A stretch of DNA of 32,000 nt from Dubosiella newyorkensis. Its GTDB lineage: Bacteria > Bacillota_I > Bacilli_A > Erysipelotrichales > Erysipelotrichaceae. Where the stretch lies: NCBI RefSeq assembly GCF_001945605.1, contig NZ_MPKA01000065.1, forward strand, positions 1 to 32,000. Reading direction: 5' to 3'. Below, piece by piece: positions 14,756 through 22,428 of this stretch (positions are counted from its first letter, which is position 1; every line of letters begins with the position of its first letter). The notes beneath the pieces are model-generated. The model had not been told where the DNA came from. It made no database searches and saw only the letters and a program-made list of their open reading frames with translations. The translations under genes and the position numbers were made by a program.

Positions 14756-16162
14756 TTATTCTTCGCCATTCCAGCAATACGTGCACAATTTGCATTGATC
14801 TAAACCGATCGATTCGATCATATCGTCGAGACGATGATAGCGAAGCGAAGTAAATCCCAGCTTTTCGCGAATCTTTTCACACATCAGCGCGTATTGTTCG
14901 GAATCTGGATCAGCGTATTTCTTTAGCGTTTCAAAAGAGACTTCATCGCCTTCGATTTCCTTGATCACTTTTCTCGTGATCAATTCCATTTCAGAATTCG
15001 AGCGCGAGAAATTCAAATATTTGCATCCGAACATGATTGGCGGACACGCTGGACGAACGTGCACTTCTTTTGCGCCCGAATCGTATAAGAAGGAAGTCGT
15101 TTCCCCTAATTGCGTCCCGCGAACGATCGAATCGTCGATCAAAAGGAGCTTTTTGTCTTTGATCAATTCCGCAACCGGGATCAGCTTCATTTTCGCGATC
15201 CGATTGCGTTGCGCTTGATTGGTCGGCATGAACGATCTTGGCCAAGTCGGCGTATATTTAATAAAAGGTCGCGAGAATGGGATACCCGTCGTATTGGAAT
15301 AACCAACCGCATGCGCGATCCCAGAGTCTGGCACGCCCGCTACATTATCGACTTTCACATCATCCCGTTTCGCTAAAAGCTCTCCGCAACGATTGCGCAT
15401 CTTTTCGACATTGATCCCTTCATACGTCGAAGTTGGATAGCCATAATAGACCCATAAGAAAGAACAGATCTTCATATGCTCGTTAGGCTGTTTCAAGACT
15501 TTTACTTCATTTGGTGTGATCAGATCGATCTCGCCTGGCCCCATATCTTTAGAGTGTGTATAGCCTAGATTCAAAAAGGCGCTGCTCTCGAAGGTGGCGC
15601 AAAAGCCCTCTTCTTTTTTGGCCAAGATGATCGGGGTCCTACCTTCCCGATCGCGCATCGCATAGATCCCATCTTTATTCAGCAATAAAATGCTCATGCT
15701 GCCCTCAACAATATCTTGAACTAACTCCAACCCTTCTAGGATCGAATTTTTTTGGTTGATCAGTGCGCCGATCAGCTCGGTCGGATTGATCCCCCCTATA
15801 CTCATTTCTTGAAAGTGGGTCATGCCCTTTTCAAAACAATGCGCTTTCAAGCCATCAAGATTGTTGATCCTTCCCACGGTACATAAGGCGAAAGAGCCTA
15901 AATGAGAGTGAAGGATGAGCGGCTGTGATTCAAAATCCGAAATACAGCCGATTCCTAGATTTCCTTCAAAAGAATCTAGATCTTTATCGAACTTCGTCCG
16001 GAATGGCGAATTTTCGATATTATGGATCGCTCTCGTGAATCCATTTTGTCCATATACTGCCATTCCAGCTCTACGTGTTCCTAGATGCGAATGATAATCG
16101 ATCCCGAAAAATAAATCTAAAACACAGCTCTCTTTGGAAGCTACTCCAAAAAAACCACTCAT
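14756..16162 (-). CDS. Amidophosphoribosyltransferase-like protein with a divergent N-terminal (Ser instead of Cys) glutaminase domain
   Basis: 468 aa. The PRTase motif LLLIDDSIVRGTQ and a PurF-like C-terminus (CKLCTYCWNG) are intact. However, the N-terminus is MSGFFGV rather than M-C-G-I/V. Confidence 0.75.
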   Translation of the reverse strand: MSGFFGVASKESCVLDLFFGIDYHSHLGTRRAGMAVYGQNGFTRAIHNIENSPFRTKFDKDLDSFEGNLGIGCISDFESQPLILHSHLGSFALCTVGRINNLDGLKAHCFEKGMTHFQEMSIGGINPTELIGALINQKNSILEGLELVQDIVEGSMSILLLNKDGIYAMRDREGRTPIILAKKEEGFCATFESSAFLNLGYTHSKDMGPGEIDLITPNEVKVLKQPNEHMKICSFLWVYYGYPTSTYEGINVEKMRNRCGELLAKRDDVKVDNVAGVPDSGIAHAVGYSNTTGIPFSRPFIKYTPTWPRSFMPTNQAQRNRIAKMKLIPVAELIKDKKLLLIDDSIVRGTQLGETTSFLYDSGAKEVHVRPACPPIMFGCKYLNFSRSNSEMELITRKVIKEIEGDEVSFETLKKYADPDSEQYALMCEKIREKLGFTSLRYHRLDDMIESIGLDQCKLCTYCWNGEE

Positions 16163-16180
16163 TCCCTTCCCCTAACCTTT

Positions 16181-18910
16181 CTATTCTTTTTCTAAAATAC
16201 GCGCGCAGCGATCGCACAAACCATCTTCGTGCTCGCTTGTCGTATAGTTCCAGCAGCGAGGACAAACGTGTCCTTCCGCTTTTTTCACTTCGATCTGACA
16301 GTTCTCATAGGCTGAAAGATCCGCCTTGACAAAATCCACTTTTGAAACGATCAGCCATTGCGCTGGATTTTGAACAAGCTCGTCGAAGATCTTTTGATCT
16401 TCTTCGTCCATCGACATCACAAGATGCGCTTCGAGCGATTTTTTGATCTCGCCTGCGTTTCTCGCGATTTCTAGCGCTTTTAAAACATCTTTTCGAATCA
16501 GCAAGATGCGCTGCATCTTATCAAGGAGGCTTCTTTCATCGATATCAAGCTCGATTTCTTTGAACGCGGCCAAATGGATCGATTCTTCGTCAAAATGCAT
16601 GAAGTCGTTGATTTCTTCACACGTATGTACGAGGATTGGAGCCCACAGTCGAGTCAAAGCGTCCAAACACAAGTATAGAACAGTCTGCACTTGTCGGCGC
16701 TCAGGATCGTCAACATTTTCGATATATAAGATATCTTTGGTGTAATCTAAATAATAAGCGCTCAATTCATTGGTCATGAAATTGGTGAGCATGCTGACGA
16801 CATCGGCGAAACGATACTCATTATACGCCTTGATGGAAGCACGGATGACTTCGTTCAATTTTACTAAAATATATTGATTGAGCTTCGACAATTCATTGAC
16901 AGGAACTAGATTTTCTTTGGTGAACGTATTATTGTCGAGATTCGCCATCAAGAACCGGAATGTATTTCGTACTTTGCGGTAGTTTTCTGCAACCTGTTTC
17001 AAAATGTTCTGTCCCATCGAACAGTCGGCTTGATAGTCGACTGAAGTGGCCCATAATCGCAGGATATCGGCTCCATACTTCTTCGTGATTTCAGAAGGAG
17101 CTACCGAATTCCATTGCGATTTAGACATCTTCACGCCTTTTTCATCCATGACAAAGCCATGGGAGAGCACTTGTTTATATGGAGCTTCGCCATACACGGC
17201 CGTACCGATGATCAAGGAAGAGTTGAACCAGCCGCGATATTGATCCGATCCTTCAAAATAGAGGTCGGCAGGATAGCCTAAGTCTCTTTCTTTCATCGCA
17301 CCGGTATGCGAGGAGCCAGAATCGAACCAAACATCCATCGTATCGACTTCTTTGCGGAAGATGCCATTTGGCGAATGTTCGTTCGTATAGCCTTCTGGAA
17401 GAAGTTCTTTCGCTTCTTTTTCAAACCAGATATTGCTTCCGTGTTCCGCGAACAAGGCGGCGACATGTTTGAATACTTCTTCGTCCATGATCGGTGTGTC
17501 ATCTTCTCCATAGAAGATCGGGATCGGAACGCCCCATGCTCTTTGTCGAGAAATACACCAGTCTCCTCGATCGGCGATCATATTATGCATTCTTCCCTCT
17601 CCCCAACTAGGCACCCACGAAATCGAATGGATCTGATCTAAAAGCTGGTCGCGGATCTTGTCGATCGAAGCGAACCATTGCGTGGTCGCGCGGAAGATGA
17701 TCGGTTTTTTTGTCCGCCAGTCGTGCGGATACGAGTGCGTGATAAATGTCAGATTTAAAAGCGAACCATTCGCATCAAGCATTTGGGTCACAGTTTTATT
17801 GGCGTCTTCTACATATTGACCTTCTAGTTCTTTTCCTGTGGAAGCCATCAATTTTCCTTGCTCATCGACATTGACATCCATATCTAAACCGTATCGCATG
17901 CCTGTGTTGAAGTCATCGACACCAAAAGCTGGAGCCGTATGGACACAACCTGTTCCCGCGTCAGCTGTAACGTAGTCGGCAAGAACGACTAGGCTTTCCC
18001 GATCATCATAGAGCGGATGGATCGTCGTGATGCTTTCAAGCTCTTTTCCTTTAAATGTTTTTTCGATGGAGTATTCGTCGATGTTGAATTTTGGCATGAG
18101 TTCTTCAATGAGCTCATTCAATACGACAAGCTTTCCTTTGTTTGTATTTATGAGGGCGTATTCCATATTTGGATGGAGCGCGATCCCTTTATTGCCTGGA
18201 ATCGTCCATGGCGTCGTTGTCCAAATGACAAAATAAGTATCTTGATCCAGGATCCCTTTGCCATCTTTCACTTGGAATTTTACATAGATCGTTGGCGACT
18301 TGATGTCCTTGTATTCGACTTCGGCTTCTGCCAAGGCGGATTCGCTAGAAGGAGACCAATAAACGGGTTTAAGTCCTTTATAGATCAAGCCGTCCATCGC
18401 CATCTTACCGAAGATCTCGATTTGACGGGCTTCAAAATCTTTCGTCAATGTGATGTATGGATGGTCATAATCGCCGACGCTTCCTAAAGACAAGAAGCCG
18501 GCTTTTTGTTTTTCAACTTGTTCGAGCGCATAATCGTAGCAGATCTTGCGGAAGTCGGCGATATTCATCTTTTTGCGGTCAAAGCCAAGTTTAGTAACGG
18601 CTGTCTCGATTGGAAGACCATGTGTGTCCCATCCTGGAATATAGGGAACTTTGTATCCTTCCATGAACTTCGAACGGTTGATGACATCTTTTAAGATCTT
18701 ATTGAGCGCGTGACCTAAATGGATGTCTCCATTGGCGTATGGAGGCCCATCGTGTAAAACGAAAGATTCAGCGCCTTCTCTTTTGACAAGCATTTTGTCA
18801 TAAAGCCTCTCCTCTTCCCAACGTTTTTGGTATTTAGGCTCTTTTTTGGTCAAATTCCCGCGCATTTCAAATGCGGTCTTTGGCATGTGTAACGTTTCCT
18901 TATAGTCCAT
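16181..18910 (-). CDS. ileS: Isoleucine--tRNA ligase
   Basis: 909 aa. HIGH-type motif PYANGDIHLGHALNK, KMSKS, a CP1 editing domain and a C-terminal Cys-rich zinc motif (CPRCWNY...CDRC). Confidence 0.97.
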   Translation of the reverse strand: MDYKETLHMPKTAFEMRGNLTKKEPKYQKRWEEERLYDKMLVKREGAESFVLHDGPPYANGDIHLGHALNKILKDVINRSKFMEGYKVPYIPGWDTHGLPIETAVTKLGFDRKKMNIADFRKICYDYALEQVEKQKAGFLSLGSVGDYDHPYITLTKDFEARQIEIFGKMAMDGLIYKGLKPVYWSPSSESALAEAEVEYKDIKSPTIYVKFQVKDGKGILDQDTYFVIWTTTPWTIPGNKGIALHPNMEYALINTNKGKLVVLNELIEELMPKFNIDEYSIEKTFKGKELESITTIHPLYDDRESLVVLADYVTADAGTGCVHTAPAFGVDDFNTGMRYGLDMDVNVDEQGKLMASTGKELEGQYVEDANKTVTQMLDANGSLLNLTFITHSYPHDWRTKKPIIFRATTQWFASIDKIRDQLLDQIHSISWVPSWGEGRMHNMIADRGDWCISRQRAWGVPIPIFYGEDDTPIMDEEVFKHVAALFAEHGSNIWFEKEAKELLPEGYTNEHSPNGIFRKEVDTMDVWFDSGSSHTGAMKERDLGYPADLYFEGSDQYRGWFNSSLIIGTAVYGEAPYKQVLSHGFVMDEKGVKMSKSQWNSVAPSEITKKYGADILRLWATSVDYQADCSMGQNILKQVAENYRKVRNTFRFLMANLDNNTFTKENLVPVNELSKLNQYILVKLNEVIRASIKAYNEYRFADVVSMLTNFMTNELSAYYLDYTKDILYIENVDDPERRQVQTVLYLCLDALTRLWAPILVHTCEEINDFMHFDEESIHLAAFKEIELDIDERSLLDKMQRILLIRKDVLKALEIARNAGEIKKSLEAHLVMSMDEEDQKIFDELVQNPAQWLIVSKVDFVKADLSAYENCQIEVKKAEGHVCPRCWNYTTSEHEDGLCDRCARILEKE

Positions 18911-19125
18911 ATTTTCCCTCCAAATAAAAAAACGTCCTCGAAAGGACGTTATGAACGCGGTACCACCTTACTTCCCGCAAAAGCGGGCTCTTGACAGGAT
19001 AACGGCCTAAACCGGGTTGATCTACTGCTTTCGATCCACCAGCCAAGAAGGGATACCCAATCAATTCCGCGTACAGCTCTTCCACCAAACGAGCTGCTCT
19101 CTATTCGTTTCTCTTGATTCGACGC
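18911..19125 (-). promoter_or_regulatory. T-box riboswitch leader of ileS
   Basis: The minus strand shows, in order: AGAGAG, a distal hairpin with GGTGG, the T-box sequence AAGGTGGTACCGCG (18956-18969), and the terminator AACGTCCT-ttcg-AGGACGTT plus a T tract (18925-18950) just before the GGAGGG RBS. AUC at 19052-19054 is the likely specifier. Confidence 0.85.
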
Positions 19126-19139
19126 GTCTTCTTCATTGC

Positions 19140-19877
19140 TTATATATATTGTTCAAATCGCAAAACGAGTCGGTCTTTTTTTGTTTTCGCATCAATCCCT
19201 TTGTATTGAAATCGACCCACTTTGCGGATAGAAACAAAGTCATTATCGCATAATTGTGTGTTTTCATCAAGAACAATATCGTTGACCTTCACATACTGCG
19301 CTTTGAGCATTTCTTTCGCTTTGGAGCGAGAACAATGCGCCAATTGACTAACGACGCTATCGAGTCTCAAGGAAGGCGCGATGATCGTCATTTCTTTTCT
19401 TCGAATTTGCGTTTGTATCTTTACTTCTTTTGGCTGAAAAGAAAGCGAGGTCCTTTTGGCGCATGTTAGCTCGCTTTGAATAAAGCTTGCCATTTCGTAG
19501 GTCGTAAAAACGATGATTCGATCGTCTTCGATCAATAGATCGCCAACGACTTCCCTTTCAATTCCCAATGCCATCAGAGCGCCAAGAAGATCTTTGTGCT
19601 CGATACTTTGAAAACGGTGATCATATTTAGAGGCGAGAGCGCAGACGTTGTTTGTGTCTTCTTCCTCATAAAGAGAAAGAATCGCCCGCTTTCTTTCCGC
19701 TTGTTCATAGCCACCATCCCACTTCACGATCAGATCTTTCGGGATAAGAGAAAGAAGGATATTTTGTTGCGGGATCGATAAAAAAGAGGTCACTACGCAT
19801 CTTCTTTGCATTGCCTCTTTGATCCAATGCTTTGCTTGCTGAAGAAATTCGTTGTGACCTTTTACATTCAAATACAT
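19140..19877 (-). CDS. ylmH: YlmH-family RNA-binding protein (S4 domain)
   Basis: 245 aa. C-terminal S4-like LRLDSVVSQLAHCSRSKAKEMLKAQYVKVND. Its position between sepF and ileS matches the Bacillus ylm cluster. Confidence 0.8.
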   Translation of the reverse strand: MYLNVKGHNEFLQQAKHWIKEAMQRRCVVTSFLSIPQQNILLSLIPKDLIVKWDGGYEQAERKRAILSLYEEEDTNNVCALASKYDHRFQSIEHKDLLGALMALGIEREVVGDLLIEDDRIIVFTTYEMASFIQSELTCAKRTSLSFQPKEVKIQTQIRRKEMTIIAPSLRLDSVVSQLAHCSRSKAKEMLKAQYVKVNDIVLDENTQLCDNDFVSIRKVGRFQYKGIDAKTKKDRLVLRFEQYI

Positions 19878-19886
19878 AGACGAATC

Positions 19887-20324
19887 TTAGTCGACATCGT
19901 CCATATCGTCAGGCGCGCCTAGCGAGATCGATCCTGAAACGCCGATTTGAAGCGGCGAGCACAAAATAACATTTTGACCGATCTTTTGGATCTTTCCATC
20001 CAAAGCGAAAACGACGCCTGTCAAGAAATCGATCGTTCTTTGTGCGTATTCACGATCCAATTTGTGCAGATTGACAACGACAGCGCGTCCTTCTTTGAGC
20101 CGCTGACCTACTTCTTCAGCTTCTCCGAAACTTCTTGGTTCGAAAAGGACCATTTTCGTATTTGCGCTTAAAGTTGAAGCGTTGGAACGGTTCTTTGGTC
20201 GTTCATATTGACTCTGCGGTTCCACCTCAACGTCTTGTCTTGTTACTGTTTGGCTCTCATATCCAGGATTGTCATCCTCTTCGATCGGAGCTACGAAGTC
20301 TTTAACTTTATCCATAAATCCCAT
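19887..20324 (-). CDS. sepF: Cell division protein SepF
   Basis: 145 aa. MGFMDKVKDF..., then the conserved core VLFEPRSFGEAEEVGQRLKEGRAVVVNLHKLDREYAQRTIDFLTGVVFALDG. Confidence 0.9.
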   Translation of the reverse strand: MGFMDKVKDFVAPIEEDDNPGYESQTVTRQDVEVEPQSQYERPKNRSNASTLSANTKMVLFEPRSFGEAEEVGQRLKEGRAVVVNLHKLDREYAQRTIDFLTGVVFALDGKIQKIGQNVILCSPLQIGVSGSISLGAPDDMDDVD

Positions 20325-20530
20325 GTGACAGACCTCCCTTAATGAAATGATTATAACATAAACGCGATAGAATCAAACGACTTTCGCTATGAAAACCCTT
20401 TGCACCTTTCCTTATTTATGCTTGCTTATTTTCTTCACTGGAATAAGCAACTCTCCATGAATTGCCTTTATGACTATACCACAAAATCCAAAAGATAGAA
20501 ACTAAAATTCTTTTTTTTAAAACAAGGCTC

Positions 20531-20554
20531 AAAAAAGAGGAGCAGCGCTCCTCT
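20531..20554 (-). terminator. Terminator of hpf
   Basis: AGAGGAGC-agc-GCTCCTCT flanked by A6 on the plus strand (T6 on the minus strand), 8 nt after the hpf stop. Confidence 0.7.
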
Positions 20555-20561
20555 GTTTGAC

Positions 20562-21095
20562 TTACTCCGTTTCGATCAAGCCATATCCGCCATCGTTGCG
20601 TTTGTAGACAACGGCGATTTTATTTGTCTCATCATCGGTGTAAATGAAGAAATCGTGTCCCAAAAGCTCCATTTTAGTGATCGCTTCATCCAAAGACATC
20701 AAGCCTGGAACGATCGATTTGGTGCGGACGATCTCGTCATCGCTGACTTCCGCCTCGTCCAAAAGTTCTAGATCCAAGAACGCGTCGCTGAGCGGATGCG
20801 TCTTTTTCTTTGTGATCCGTGTTTTCTGTCGGCGGATTTGATCTTCGAGCTTATCGATCGAACGATCGATCGCCCGATAAAGATCGTCGTCGCTAACTTC
20901 TGTACGCAGGATCGCGAATTTTGTTGGGATCGTGATCTCGATTTTTTGTTTTGTCGGATATGTACGAATCAATACATTTGCCGTGTCGTTCTCGTCAATG
21001 ATGAAGTATTTGTTCAATCCCCCTAGCTTTTTCTTGATCTTGTCCGAGATCGCTTCAGTGACGGTAATGTTTTTTCCAACAATATTGACTTTCAT
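20562..21095 (-). CDS. hpf: Ribosome hibernation promoting factor (long form)
   Basis: 177 aa. MKVNIVGKNITVTEAI...LGGLNKYF..., RAIDRSIDKLEDQIRRQK, and a C-terminal dimerisation domain (HDFFIYTDDETNKIAVVYKRNDGGYGLIE). Confidence 0.92.
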   Translation of the reverse strand: MKVNIVGKNITVTEAISDKIKKKLGGLNKYFIIDENDTANVLIRTYPTKQKIEITIPTKFAILRTEVSDDDLYRAIDRSIDKLEDQIRRQKTRITKKKTHPLSDAFLDLELLDEAEVSDDEIVRTKSIVPGLMSLDEAITKMELLGHDFFIYTDDETNKIAVVYKRNDGGYGLIETE

Positions 21096-21261
21096 ACACT
21101 ATACCTCCTTTAAATATTCAAAGATCTTATCTTTGCCTATATTGTAACACGTTTTTGTCTAATAATGAAAATGGATGATTTTTCTTTCAATTTAGCCAAA
21201 ATCATACCCATTTTGGCCTTCTCTCTTGACAAAAACGCTTGCATTGCGATCTTTCTTTCGC

Positions 21262-21392
21262 TACACTAAAAGCATGAATTCCAATTTAGTGTATCGATTT
21301 TACAACTAAATCCAAAAAAACATTCCAGCGATTTCGATTTGGATCTTTTTTTGGTTCATTCAGCATTTCTTTTTTCAAAGAAATGCTTTTTT
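21262..21392 (+). promoter_or_regulatory. Structured aroF leader with terminator-like hairpins (possible attenuator)
   Basis: Hairpin 1: TACACTAAA / TTTAGTGTA (21262-21293). Hairpin 2: ATCCAAA / TTTGGAT followed by C then T7 (21310-21352). Hairpin 3: AGCATTTCTTT-tttc-AAAGAAATGCT followed by TTTTTATT (21362-21392), only ~7 nt before the AAAGGAGA RBS. Confidence 0.5.
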
Positions 21393-21411
21393 ATTAGAAA
21401 AGGAGAAAATT

Positions 21412-22428
21412 ATGATTATCACTTTAAAGAAAACTGCCCCCGAAGAAGAGGTCCAGAAGCTGATCAAGCGCTTCGAAAATATGGATCTGCAAGTCACGAT
21501 GATCTATGGCGCCAACTATAACGTGTTTGGTTTAGTGGGAGATACTTCCAAAGTGGATGAAAAGAACATTTCTGCCAATCCGATCGTGACGAATGTTCAG
21601 CGGGTCGCCCAGCCTTATAAGCTTGCCAATCGTATGTTCCATCCAGAAGATACGATCGTTGATGTCGATGGGATCAAGATTGGCGGCAAGAATATCGTTT
21701 TGATCGCCGGCCCGTGTTCTGTCGAAGGAGAAGATCAAATCGTGAGGATCGCAAAAGAAGTCAAGGAAGCAGGCGCAAACATGCTTCGTGGCGGCGCCTA
21801 TAAACCGAGAACTTCGCCTTACGCCTTTCAAGGTCTAGGTACAGAAGGTGTTCTCGATCTTGTCAAAGCAAGAGATCTTACGGGCCTTCCAATCGTTTCG
21901 GAGCTGATGTCAGTCGACAAGTTGGATGAATTTGTCAAAAATGTGGATATCATTCAAATTGGAGCAAGAAACATGCAAAACTTTGATCTTTTGAAGGCGG
22001 TCGGTCGCACGAAAAAACCTGTCTTGTTGAAGCGGGGATTGTGTAATACGATCGAAGAGTGGATCATGGCGGCTGAATATATCATGGCAGAAGGCAATCC
22101 AAACGTGATCTTCTGCGAGCGGGGGATCCGCACTTTTGAAACATATACGAGAAATACGCTTGATCTAGCCGTGATTCCGATCATTAAAGAAAGAACGCAT
22201 TTGCCGATCATCATCGATCCTTCCCATGCGGCGGGCGATTATAAACTGATCGAATCGCTTTCATTGGCCGCGATCGCAGCGGGCGCGGATGGTTTGATCA
22301 TCGAAGTCCATGATGAACCTGAAAACGCTTGGTCGGATGGCGCGCAAAGCTTGAAGCCGAGCAAATTCAATGACCTTGTCGCGAAAGGGAAAGCGATCGC
22401 GCATGTGATCGGCCGTTCTTTAGGATGA
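21412..22428 (+). CDS. aroF: 3-deoxy-7-phosphoheptulonate (DAHP) synthase, type I-beta, with an N-terminal ferredoxin-like regulatory domain
   Basis: 338 aa, collinear with the Thermotoga-type enzyme as I recall it: MIITLKK...KPYKLANRMFHPEDT...IAGPCSVE...LRGGAYKPRTSPYAFQGLG...IQIGARNMQNF...KRG...CERGIRTFE...DPSH. Confidence 0.92.
   Translation: MIITLKKTAPEEEVQKLIKRFENMDLQVTMIYGANYNVFGLVGDTSKVDEKNISANPIVTNVQRVAQPYKLANRMFHPEDTIVDVDGIKIGGKNIVLIAGPCSVEGEDQIVRIAKEVKEAGANMLRGGAYKPRTSPYAFQGLGTEGVLDLVKARDLTGLPIVSELMSVDKLDEFVKNVDIIQIGARNMQNFDLLKAVGRTKKPVLLKRGLCNTIEEWIMAAEYIMAEGNPNVIFCERGIRTFETYTRNTLDLAVIPIIKERTHLPIIIDPSHAAGDYKLIESLSLAAIAAGADGLIIEVHDEPENAWSDGAQSLKPSKFNDLVAKGKAIAHVIGRSLG

Noticed and set aside
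18900-19088. 62-aa minus-strand ORF upstream of ileS.
   Set aside because: It coincides with the T-box leader (AGAGAG, T-box sequence, terminator). The RNA element explains the sequence conservation features, and the ORF overlaps the ileS start.
20422-20450. 9-bp inverted repeat TTGCTTATT...AATAAGCAA in the sepF upstream region, considered as a terminator or sRNA.
   Set aside because: No T-tract on either strand and no recognisable motif. It may be a leader structure or protein site, but I cannot support any call.
21226-21231. Perfect TTGACA hexamer upstream of aroF, considered as the -35 of the aroF promoter.
   Set aside because: No acceptable -10 lies 16-18 nt downstream (ATCTTT / TCTTTC). 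A weaker TTGCAT-17-TACACT alternative (21239-21267) exists, but I cannot support either, so the aroF promoter is left unassigned.
21339-21521. 60-aa ORF (TTG start) with a Phe-rich beginning (MDLFLVHSAFLFSKKCFF), considered as a Phe-sensing leader peptide for DAHP synthase.
   Set aside because: The Phe codons are a by-product of the terminator T-tracts. There is no RBS, the start is TTG, and the ORF runs 110 nt into aroF out of frame instead of stopping before the terminator as true leader peptides do.
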